DNA from: Azolla caroliniana
Lineage: Eukaryota > Plantae > Polypodiophyta
Reading direction: 5' to 3'
DNA length: 64,000 nucleotides
NCBI GenBank assembly: GCA_043228905.1
Contig: JBHGNT010000009.1
Span: 19,654,001 to 19,718,000, forward strand
Below are positions 53,005 to 64,000 of this stretch, piece by piece; the first letter of the stretch is position 1, and every line of letters starts with the position of its first letter. The notes under the pieces are model-generated. The model did no database searches. It had not been told where the DNA came from and saw only the letters and a list, made by a program, of their open reading frames with translations. A program made the translations under genes and the position numbers.

Positions 53005-56000
53005 CATACACATTAGCACCAACAGTGTATAAACCGGAGCAGCTATTGTATTCTGACATTGGGACGTTGATGCATCTGACCAAATGAGAGTACATATACG
53101 CCGCTGGTTTGTCTTCTAACAGCCTGTACACATATTCGTAGTCATCTAGTTTTGCATAAAAAATGCCTTCGATGTAGAATGTCCGGGCAGATACAAAATT
53201 TCCCCATGCATCTACAATATTCTGCCTTGCACACTGTTTACTAACCGTGCACTTTAATATATAGAAATCAGCACCCTCTGAATTGCCTTCTTCAGCATTT
53301 ACAGCGAAGTTATCCCCAACGTTCAGGACATCACTCAAAGTATCTCCAAGTCCCTCATATGTGAAGTCAGCATTCTGCCCTGTTTCTCCATCAACTGCTT
53401 CCTTATCATTCAGAGTGTGATACTCCCAATTCTGAATGTATGCTTTGTTTAGACAATATCTCCAATTTCCCTGCACACAATGGAAGCAAAAACAAGTCAA
53501 TTCTCTAACCGCAATACAATGACCATCCAACCTGGAATAACCGCGAACAGCATGCAGAGATCGCAATTCGGGAATTCCTTGGCACTCCCAGGTCTTCTCC
53601 CTATTTACTTCATCTATCTTCACTTCCCAAAATTCACGTTTGATATCTCGAACTTGCGAGGAATAAACACCTGTGGCACTCGTCGACATATTTGTTCTTA
53701 AAAATTCAACTACATGTGATGCACAATTCATGTGCACACCATCTGTCTTTAGTTGTTCATGGGTAAGTGCCCGCTTTATAACAGCCCCTGCACCATCATG
53801 TTCACCTTTACCATGGCCAGACCCAAAAAAATTCCATCTCATCTCCAAACCTGTTATAGCAGGATACCTCCCCACAAAATAAAATGGACGTCGAGCCTTG
53901 AATTGTGACGCAGCTCCGTCAGACCAGACCCAATGTTGAGTAAGCTCCAAACGTTGAGCTAATAACCACTGCCAATGTAACTTAAAACAGTGTTGGACGA
54001 ACAAGGTATCATGCTTCTTATCATCGGAAATAAAGAAATGAATTACTTTTTTAACATCACCTGAAACTCGAAAATATGTTATGTGCACAAAAATGGTTAC
54101 CTGAACTGAACACCAATGCATAGATTGAATTTCATTCTGCTGCTTGAAAGTATAATTCTCTGCGAAATCTACTACTAAGACTACTACATCATTTGGGAAA
54201 TCAGATATGCAAGTCTTAAACTGATGGGCCTGCCATGAATAAATGAAGTTGTGTTTAATGAACTTTCCTAGAGATACTACAAACAGAGACACCAAATCCC
54301 TTGGTTTAAGCATCTTCCGAACTAGATCCTTTCTTTTACACACCTTTCCTTCGAAATTGGTGTTCACTGACTCAAATAACTTCACAGAGATCAATATTTC
54401 ACTACTCAATTCATTTGGACACCACCTAAATCTAGTAGGGCCACAATCTTGACATAAACCCATGACACATTTATGAATATGGAAGATAGCGTCAGTTTCT
54501 CTCGGACACAATATTGAATCTAATAAATAACTCATGGAAGAGATAACGTGCTCAGATGATTTACACTCCTCTTGCGGGCTTGATCGACAGATTGGGCACC
54601 CACATGTGCAAACTGTATTAGTTAGGGATGCGCTATGGTGACGTAGTAGATTAACAGAGTCCTTCAGAAAACCCATCTGTACATGGTAAATGCAACAACA
54701 TGTGTATCGATCCTTTAAGCGTCTCACAAAGTGTGGCTTAAGAGACTCGAATGTTCGTAGTTGAACTTTGATAGTTGGATGCATTCGTTTGAACCTAATA
54801 AATAAATCGACCTGCGTAATAAAGGGGAATTAGTTATTCTCGTAACTAGCTAACTATCCTAGTAGCTAATTAGCTATTCTAGTAGCTAGTTAGCTATTCT
54901 AGTAGCTAATTAGCTATCATGGTAGCTAATTAGCTGTCCTAGTAGCTAATTAGTTGTCCTAGTAGCTAATTAGCTATCATGGTAGTTAATTAGTTGTCGT
55001 AGTAGCTAATTAGCTATCATGGTAGCTAATTAGCTATTCTAGTAGCTAATTAGCTATTCTAGTAGCTAATTAGCTATCATGGTAGCTAATTAGCTGTCGT
55101 AGTAGCTAATTAGCTATCATGGTAGCTAATTAGCTGTCCTAGTAGCTAATTGGTTGTCCTAGTAGCTAATTAGCTATCATGGTAGCTAATTAGCTGTCCT
55201 AGTAGCTAATTGGTTGTCCTAGTAGCTAATTAGCTATCATGGTAGCTAATTAGCTGTCGTAGTAGCTAATTAGCTATCATGGTAGCTAATTAGCTGTCGT
55301 AGTAGCTAATTAGCTATTCTAGTAGCTAATTAGCTATCATGGTAGCTAATTAGCTGTCCTAGTAGCTAATTAGCTATCATGGTAGCTAATTAGCTGCTCT
55401 AGTAGCTAATTAGCTATCATGGTGGCTAATTAGCTTTCCTAGTAACTAATTAGCTATCATGGTAGCTAATTAGCTGGTCTAGTAGCTAATTAGCTATCAT
55501 GGTGGCTAATTAGCTTTCCTAGTAACTAATTAGCTATCATGGTAGCTAATTAGCTGGTCTAGTAGCTAATTAGCTATCATGGTAGCTAATTAGCTGGTCT
55601 AGTAGCTAATTAGCTATAATGGTGGCTGATTAGCTTTCCTAGTAACTAATTAGCTATCATGGTAGCTAATTAGCTGGTCTAGTAGCTAATTAGCTATCAT
55701 GGTAGCTAATTAGCTATCACGGTGGCTAATTAGCTGTCCTAGTAACTAATTAGCTATCATGGTAGCTAATTAGCTGGTCTAGTAGCTAATTAGCTATAAT
55801 GGTGGCTAATTAGCTATCCTAACTAATTAGCTATCATGGTAGTAGCTATTGAGAGTAGCCAGTTACCTATGTAGTAGCTATCATAGTAGCTAATTAGCTA
55901 TCATGGTAGCTAATTAGCTTTCCTAGTAGCTAATTAGCTGGTAATAACGAAATAGCTAACTAGCTACCATGATAGCTAACTAGCTAGCAGTACAGCTAAT

Positions 56001-56957
56001 TATCTGGTAGTACCTAAATTAGCTATTGAGAATAGCTAATTAGCTATCATGGTAGTAACTATTGAGAGTAGCTAGTTACTTATGTAGTAGCGATCCTAGT
56101 AGCTAACTGAGGTAAATGTAACTGATAAGCTAATTAGCTTTTCTGCTAACTGAGCTAATTAACTTTCCGAGTAGAGTCAAAACAAATGTTGAGATAAATG
56201 TAAATACCTGAGGTACATCAAGAAGATGAATGGGATGCTCCTCGTATTGATTTCTTCCAACACGTTTCCTGCATAAATCCTTTTTATTGGGTGAAACCCT
56301 ACTCTCATTAGTCCAAAACATTGTGATTACATCCTTGATTTCAAATGTTATGGGTGTCATTGGCTTACATCTTGTAGTTAGCTTTAGTAGACTAGTTCCT
56401 TCACCCGAGGAAATTATACGGTTCATTGTATTGTACACTGTTTTTCTACTAACACCAATTACCTTAGATAGCTCACTGATGTTTATATCGTCAACATCAC
56501 TATTAAGTAACATCATTAGACTAGACCTTTTTAAGACAAGATCATCTTCTGACCTGCTCATGGATACGAAACTATTACGAAGATTATTTACTAAAATAGA
56601 TGATATGTTTGCATTAAGACCATCACAATCAACTAAGTCCTTTATCGATGGATCATTACATATTCCATAAAGTACTACCTTCTTTTCTTCATTGCTGATG
56701 TGCTTGGTTTGAACATTGAAATAGTCTATAACCTTTCTCTCTATGATGGTAGTCGCATTACTTACATTCTCAGCTAAACTATCCTTACCTTTACTGAGTG
56801 TGGCTTTCGTATCCTTCAACAATTGACGATGTTTCCTTCTTTTTTCTGCCCAATAGTTTCGTATGGCTTGTTGTGTCCTGATAACATCATCCCTATCCTT
56901 ATGATCATTGAGGGGTAATTCTAAACACCCTTCTTCCCCTTCCATTTGGCTAGACAT
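52970..56957 (-). CDS. two-exon DD[D/E]-type DNA transposase, ~863 aa (Sola-like assignment tentative); exons 56957-56208 and 54811-52970
   Basis: CAG|GTATTT donor and ACGCAG|GTC acceptor join in phase 0 (LLDVPQ|VDLFIRFKRMHP). Motifs TCCCIYH, C..G.C..C, DFAENY, QNEIQSMHW, SDDKKHD, WSDGAASQFK, GHGKGEHDGAG, C.C..C. No internal stops. Confidence 0.8.
54830..56140. repeat. intronic 20-bp palindromic minisatellite (core TAGCTAATTAGCT), about 50 regular units plus degenerate flanks
   Basis: Alternating AGTAGCTAATTAGCTATCAT and GGTAGCTAATTAGCTGTCCT units. Confidence 0.97.
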
Positions 56958-57264
56958 GTTAAAACCCTAAATTTCCAGAAAAAAAAACAAGTATTAAAGA
57001 TGGCTATGGGCAACAACAATACACAAAAATATTCCACACAATACACAAGATTAGACACAACAATACACAAGATAATCAATAGACAGAAAAGTTATTGCAA
57101 TCCAAGACCGAACAGTAGAGGATTTCACTCTGTTGGATCCAACAGTTGAGGAGGCGATCCAAGACCGACCAATGGCAACAACTGAGTGTAGAATGTTGCC
57201 GTTGGATGAGTGAACTCCGTCAAATCGAAATGTGGAAGCAATCCGGGACTGGACAGTAGTGGCA

Positions 57265-58027
57265 ACTGAGTATAGAATGATGGCAATGGAGGAGAGAACC
57301 CCGTCAGATTGAACAGTTACCGATGATGCTTGAAACGCACATAGAAGGCACTTGAGAATAGAGTGGCATAGAGAAGAGAACCCCGTCAGATTGAACAGTT
57401 ACCAATGATGCTTGAAACGCACAGTAGCGGCCCCTGAGTGAGAGTGGAAAAGAGAAGAGAACCCCGTCAGATTGAATAGCTCTTTGATTATGCTTGGAAC
57501 GCACAGTAGCGGCCCCTGAGTGAGAGTGGAAAAGAGAAGAGAACCCCGTCAGATTGAATAGCTCTTTGATTATGCTTGGAACGCACAGTAGCAACCCCTG
57601 AGTGTAGAATGGCAAAGAGAAGATAACCCCGTCAGATTGAACAGCTCTTTGATGATGCTTGGAACGCACAGCAGCGGCCCCTGAGTGTAGAGTGGCATAG
57701 AGAAGAGAACCCCCTCAGATTGAACAGCTCTTTGATGATGCTTGGAACGCACAGTAATGACCTCTGAGTGTAGAGTGGCACAGAGAAGAGAACCCCCTCA
57801 GATTGAACAGCTCTTTGATGATGCTTGGAACGCACAGTAATGGCCCCTGAGTGTAGAGTGGCACAGAGAAGAGAACCCCGTCAGATTGAACAGCTCTTTG
57901 ATGATGCTTGGAATGCACAGTAGTGGCCCCTGAGTGTAGAGTGTCACAGAGAAGAGAACCCCGTCAGATTGAGCAGCTCTTTGATGATGCTTGGAACGCA
58001 CAGTAGCGGCCCCTCAGTGTAGAGTGG
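57265..58027. repeat. ~83-bp tandem repeat, about 9 copies, upstream of the transposase
   Basis: Unit GAGAAGAGAACCCCGTCAGATTGAACAGCTCTTTGATGATGCTTGGAACGCACAGTAGCGGCCCCTGAGTGTAGAGTGGCACA; ORF starts are offset by 83. Confidence 0.95.
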
Positions 58028-58369
58028 CGGCAGGTGGACTCGATAGGGTTTAGCAACAGTGGTAGCAACTAACCCACAGTACTCAACTAGAGATGGCCTA
58101 CGTGATGTGGCAAAGGATCATGCATAATGGACCTAGGAATTCGATATATAATTTATGGTACACATTTATGGTGCACACATCAATTTATGTTGCACATTTA
58201 TGGCACTCATTTACATATGTAATTAAAACACTCTAGTATTTTCAATGGTAGTTTTTTGCATACTTAATTTATTAATGATGGCTTTTTACTAAAATGACTA
58301 TTTATCAATGGTAGCTTTTTGCATAGCTAATTAGCTATGTCAAGGACATAGCTAATTGTTTCCACTCGC

Positions 58370-60590
58370 ATGCTTTCACCCACAAGTCACCTTCCTTGAG
58401 TGTGAAGTATAACAGGTACAACAAATGTACTTTTGGTCCTTGAGCAAGCAGGAGGTTCCCCTTGTGGAGTGTCCACCCTCCCGATCCGACTATGATCAAA
58501 GGTCTTGAGAGCTTAGGTACATGTCAAAAATTGTGTAGTACTAATGTAGAGCCACTCAGAAGGTTAAGCTCTACAATGCCAATCCCGATTATGGCGTAGT
58601 GTTGCGAATTTCCGACTCGAACCAAGTCGGAATGTCGGGCTGAGTATTGCTGAAATTGGGATCAATGAGGGGTTACATGATATGAAGCGCCCGAATCCAA
58701 GAGCCATGTGCTTGATTCCTTAGTCGTAAGAAGAGCTTCTGATTTGACTGGGTTCTCAATCAATAATATGTTGGGGTGACTCGGCAGTACTTCGACTGAA
58801 GAGTTGACGTAATTGACCTCCTCATGCCGGCCACTCCTCTGCTTCGCTCGCTGAGCTTTGTTGATTTTGGCTTTGAGTGCGCGACAATCAGCTTTGATGT
58901 GTATAGGTTTCTTGCAATAATTGTAGACTCGATTATCCTAGGATTTGCTCCGACTTCGTTGGTTGTTCGGTTGTCGAGAGGAACTTCATCCTCGATTGTT
59001 CGATCGTTCGGTCGAACCTTGTACTACATAGGCTTCATCTATCGAGTCTTTTGCAAATGATTTCCTCCAAACTACTTCAATCAATATTGCACTCGTGACT
59101 AAGGAGTATTTGACGACAATAGTCGACGTGTTGCACACATTAGTAACGAAAGTTTCCCACGAAGGGACGATGATCGACGACGAACCGAGAGCAATGTTGC
59201 TCATGAGTAGTCGACGTGTTGCACCATTAGTAACGAAAGTTTCCCACGAAGGGAGAGACTACTCATGAGCAACATTGCTCTCAGTTCGTCGTTGATCATC
59301 GTCCCTTGAGCCGCAATTTGGGAGCTTAACCTTTCATACTCATTCAGATGTGCCTGGACCGAGTTAGATTCTTTCATCCGAAGGTTGTAAAGGCGTCAAA
59401 TTAGATATATCTTTGTGGTGGCGACCTTCTTTTCATAAGTGTCCAAAAGTGTCTTCCATAGTTGGAAGGTAGTCGAACACGATTGCACTGTGAAGTACAC
59501 AGACTCTGATTTGTGGCGCGAACGATTCTGTCCAGCTTCTACCACTCGATCGGCTTGTATCCTTCTAGAAGGTTTTCATTTTCGATTTGCCCATTGACTA
59601 TCAGATAGTCTTGCATCTGCTCCTTCTGGAAGTTGAAAGAATTTCCTTTGACTCATCTCTAACGAGCTAGATGTCAATGCCATCTATGTCGGTTTACCCG
59701 ACTTTGTTCGGAGTTAACTACAAACAACGGTGAGGTGCGACCGACTAGTTCACCCGATATAGTTCTAGTCGAACTTGAACATGAGCCGAATCGAATTCGA
59801 CTATCGATGGATTCGATCCGAGTTGACTATGGCCAGTTAGCCTAGCTGAATTGGACCTGAATTTGCAGATTCGATTTCGACACTCAATTTTAAGATACCA
59901 ATCACAGATTTGTGCCGATTATCTAGGCCGAACCTGCTTCGGGTGGCTCCAACGATGAGAGGGACAAAGCCAACTGGTCCTCTTGAATGTCGTTCAGCCA
60001 AATGGAGCACGGATTGGGGTTGTTCCCTGGAGCCCAAACAACTATGAGTGAGTACAACGAGCGAGTGAATAGCGTCGAATGACCTATTAGATTTTCATCT
60101 ACACTTATGTAGCACAATTGAGCTAGAACCATCAAGACAAAATCTCAGTCCGAGTGGCTACAATCACTAGGGTAAAGTACAACTGATTGACTTACTTCAC
60201 TGGTGATTTAGAACAGTGAGTGTAGAATTTGCAGGTGTTTCTCTTCACGAAGATGATCTTGTAGAGTGTACAGAAGAAGATTTTTTGTTGGAGACTAGGT
60301 AGACCGCGACAACATAATCGAAAACGCTTGACTCTAATACCAATGCATTGAGAACGCGGCCATCTAGTGTGGAACGATATTACTCCTCTATGATGAGTGA
60401 TTATTGACAGATGCATATAAAGTAGATTAATAACCACAAACTACTGAATAAATCGACAAGTTCAAGTAGATTAATAAGCACGAGATAAATCTTTATTTTT
60501 CAAGCCTAACGGCACAATGTACAAAAAACAAAACAAGCACACGAACTAGGTTACAAAGTCAGTTTATATATTGACTGACTTAGGGCAACT
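58370..60590 (-). mobile_element. copia fragment (LTR part, PBS, gag, protease)
   Basis: TGGTATC PBS-like site on the minus strand near 59894-59900; gag DELRAMLLMSSL..SWETFV; protease WLLDSGASYHVTP near 58670-58708. Boundaries are approximate. Confidence 0.75.
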
Positions 60591-60599
60591 GCCCTTCTT

Positions 60600-61590
60600 A
60601 GTATTTACAAAGATGTCCTAAACCTAGTTTGTACAAATGGGACAAATGTGAGTATGTCCATTAGAGACCCATATCCTTGATAAGAGTCACATGATGAAGG
60701 ATCAGAGTCAGCTATCCATGTTTGGGCCAATGCATCATTGACAGTCAGCAAAGCATCAATAAGATCATTCTTAGTGATGCACATGTGCTTTGAATGAATA
60801 TTTAGAGAGGCATCATATGCATAAGTATCATCAGTTGAAAAAGGAGCACATAAAATGTCCTAAACATCTAATAGCTCCTCTATGACTACATTAGAGGCCA
60901 AATTGGCCTTCTCTTCGTCCTTTTGGCTGTCATGTGCATTAGTCTTGTCCTTTTTCTTATCTCCAGAATTCTTTTTTCTTTCAAGTTCTACTTTGTAATA
61001 GCGGTAATCAGGTTTCGTGGCCTTTCCTGCCACACTAATAGCATGTTACATCATTGCTTTTAACTTTGCTGCTATTTCCCCTTTCCTTGCTTTTAGTTTT
61101 GTTCCTGTGTGCATAGTTACTTCTTTTATCTGTCCTACCTCTAACCATGTTGGTTGAGTTGCCACCTTCTCCATTTGCTTTTCTCCTGATCTCTTAATTG
61201 AGTATGGAGACCCTAAGTTTTAACACCATCAAAAGTCAAGTTGGGGCTATTAGACAATGACACTACCAATGTCTCCCATGAGTTAGGTAGTGCCATTAGC
61301 AGGAAAATGGCTTTGAGCTTGTCATCAAAAGGAACCATTCCTGAGTCTTGCAGTTGTGATGAGGTACCTGTAAACAAGGACAAGTGTTCAACTACACACT
61401 TGGACTCATCCAGTTGCATGCCAACAAGCTTTCGCATTAGGTATCCTTGATTAATAGGCGTAATGTTTTCATATATAGCCTTCAACTTTGCCCATATGTC
61501 AGAAGCAGATACAAACCCTTTGAGATCTACCAAAATCTCATAAAAAACAACCATCTTAATATATATGAAAGCCTTTTTGTTTAAAATCCA
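60600..61590 (-). mobile_element. copia gag-protease remnant
   Basis: ORF 61213-61554 is gag-like (IWAKLKAIYE, LLMALPNSWETLVVSL); decayed Zn knuckle near 61030. Confidence 0.8.
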
Positions 61591-61599
61591 GTCGGCTTC

Positions 61600-63022
61600 T
61601 TCTTGCTACTCCACGAAATTGCTCCGCTGCCGAGGGAGAAAACAAATCTAGAGGTCGATCGTCGATCGGCTCTATAGCCAGCCTAGTCAGCATCTGTGTA
61701 CCCTTCGAGTCGAATTGGTGTGGTTGATTCGTAGAGAATACCGCAATCCATTATGCCGCTCAAGTATCGTAATACACACTTAGCGCAATCCAACGGATGA
61801 ATGTTGGATTCAAAGCCAGGTGGTTGTACCATGTACACCTCTTCTAATTCACCTTGAAGAAAAACATTCTTGACGTCAATCTGATGGAGGTGCCACCATT
61901 TCCCCGTAGCAAGTGCAATCACGGTCCGCACAGTCCTCATCTTTGCCACTGGGGTCAAGGTCTCTTCATAGTCGACTACATGTGTTTGTGCGTATCCTTT
62001 CACTACAAGTCGAGATTTGTAGCGGTTTACGGAGCCGTCAACATTATACTTCATTTTGTAAATCCATCTGCAGCCGATTGCCTTCTTGTGCAAGTGGTGG
62101 GGGAAGAGATCCCATGTCTCATTCTTGCATAGGGCTTGCATCTCTTCGTTCATTGCTTCGACCCATCGTGGATGCTTGGCTGCTTCGGAAAAACTTTCCA
62201 GTTCTCGAATTGTCGCCACCTTCATCATAAAGGCATAGTGGTATGCCATATAATCGTTGTAGCTGAATCGGCTAACATGATTCTTCTCATAGGTGGAGCG
62301 ACGGAGTTTTTCGTTTGTCGTGGCAATGGCTTTCTTTACACTAGGTGTCCTCATGATAGGTACATCGAAGCCACTGAACTCACTGTCGAGGTAGTGAGTC
62401 AATTCCTTGTCGTCAAATTGATCGTCTTCATATTCCGGCATTTTCGCCTTGCCTTTGTCCATCTTCGGACTAGGCCGAGATGTGCTTCGGTTGCTCGGGG
62501 GCTCTTGTGGCCCACTAAGCCTTGTCGTAATCGAGCTTTCTTCAAATAGGTATTCGAGTCAATCTCCATCTTCTGTCTCTTGTTCAACCGATTCCGAATC
62601 GATTGGGGTCGGAGTCAGAATCGTCTCTGGTTTGTACCAGGATGCCGATTCATCAAAAAAAACTTCCCGACTCACTCGAACCTTCCAAGTAGAGGGCTAG
62701 AAGCATTTGTACCCCTTTTGCTCCAATGAGTATCCTACGAGGAAACATTTCTCCGACTTGGGATCTAGCTTTTGCTGCTTCCTATTGGGGATGTGCACGT
62801 ATGCAAGTGAGCCGAATATCCTAACATGGGACATATCCAGCTTCTTTCTATAGTACTTTTCGTGTGGGGTAACTTCGTGTAGACCGGATGTTGTGCACCG
62901 GTTCATGAGGTAGACGGTAGTATTTGCTGCTTCGGCCCAATATGACTTTGGCATATTCTTTTCGTTCATCATGACCCGCGCTACTTTGAGGATGTGTCGA
63001 TTTTTGCGTTCGGCTACTCCGT
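61600..63022 (-). mobile_element. copia INT-RT-RNase H remnant with internal deletions, related to element 1
   Basis: GVAERKNR, YWAEAA, YNDYMAYHYAFM (compare YNEYMAHHYAYM in element 1), HQIDVKNVFL, GYTDAD. Confidence 0.9.
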
Positions 63023-64000
63023 TGTCGTGTTATTCTACACGCATAGGAGAAACCAAGGCAGGACCACGGGGGCCCTAAACCGGGGAATAACCGAACAAAG
63101 GGGGAGCGACACGAAACCACAGCTGAGTCACGCACACAAATACACAGAGAACCCACAACGAAGATCGAACAACGAATAAGGAAAATATATATTTATGATC
63201 AAGATTACAATCGGCTCGCCGGTAAGCGTCAACGCGCTGACACCAACTCACACAATGCACACGAACAACGCGAGATGGAGCCTCTGCCAGAAGCACTCGG
63301 GCTTTCCACGAAGCAAGGGCAGCCTCCCAAAACCTACAGAGAACGATGAAAGACAGAGGAGAAGTGCTCAGTACCAGTCCGGCAGCACTTCGTCCTCCAC
63401 AACCCCCCCCCACACTTAGTCCCTTTTCCTCTCCTTTTATAGTCCAAGGAGAGAGAAACGTTACAATCTGTTACATCACTTTTATTCTCTATCCTTTCGG
63501 ATAGAGATACTCCTCGATTCCCTACCTAATGAATACGCGCTACCTAGGATATTCACATCACCGACCTGTACCTAACTATGTACAATACATCAAAACATGT
63601 GCCCGCATGCAAGGGCCGGTTCACGCTCACTATTCACCGATTCCTCCTAGGGACGGTTTTCTCCACGACATCCGCCCCCACCTAACCGTGCATCCACCGG
63701 TATGCGCTAGAATAGACCTTTTCTGGAGAAGACCGGCCCTAGCTTATCTTACGATCTCCGGATCGCCATCCACTCTGAACCGGTCGTCGTCGCTATCCAT
63801 GTCCTCTAGGCTTGCTTCGTCCTCGTGCTACTTCTTGAATGCCTTGATCCTCTTCCTGGCCACCAGCACAACTATTCTTGTTCCGTCGAGCTCCGTGAGA
63901 TGGTAAGTGCCGTTGTCGTTGGCGCTTGTCACCGCGTAAGGCCCGAACCACCTACTCGCAAATTTCCACATCGCCTTGTGCTGGAGGTCGCTGTCGTAGA
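63023..64000 (-). mobile_element. 3' end of a Ty3/gypsy element inserted into the copia integrase; LTR at 63023-63670
   Basis: LTR bounded by the inverted ends TGTCGTG...CACGACA. PPT (minus strand GGTGGGGGCGGA) adjacent at 63671-63682. Integrase tail KFASRWFGPY...NGTYHLTELDG. Confidence 0.9.

Noticed and set aside
57304-58001. Repeated MRSKHHQRAVQS ORFs
   Set aside because: They are a by-product of the 83-bp repeat, whose period is not a multiple of three.
54830-58027. CRISPR-like appearance of the palindromic 20-bp array and the 83-bp array
   Set aside because: The linkers are about 6 nt and recur rather than being unique spacers. No cas genes are present and the context is eukaryotic.

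Overview
Eukaryotic plant nuclear DNA, dense in transposons. A fern or other seed-free plant is likely, inferred from apparently unedited plastid codons and a chromovirus with a canonical chromodomain. Left to right: (1) a decayed Ty1/copia element (1-5568); (2) LINE remnants; (3) one intact host gene, a 5-exon atypical cinnamoyl-CoA-reductase-like SDR on the minus strand (10427-13442); (4) microsatellites; (5) a nest of LINE > copia > non-chromovirus gypsy plus chromovirus (about 22.7-40.2 kb), where the chromovirus integrase is split by an ~850-bp patchwork of short chloroplast gene fragments (psaA, psbB, rps19, psbA, rpoB); (6) an 11.7-kb tandem array of 16 mostly 737-bp units, each carrying two tRNA-Gly genes (32 in all), in which all four Gly anticodons occur (GCC, CCC, TCC, ACC); (7) an apparently intact two-exon ~863-aa DD[D/E]-type transposase whose 1.4-kb intron is mostly a palindromic 20-bp minisatellite, with an 83-bp tandem repeat upstream and a truncated FCP1-like ORF downstream; (8) further copia and gypsy fragments to the window end. 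All family assignments come from motif recognition by eye; no searches were run.
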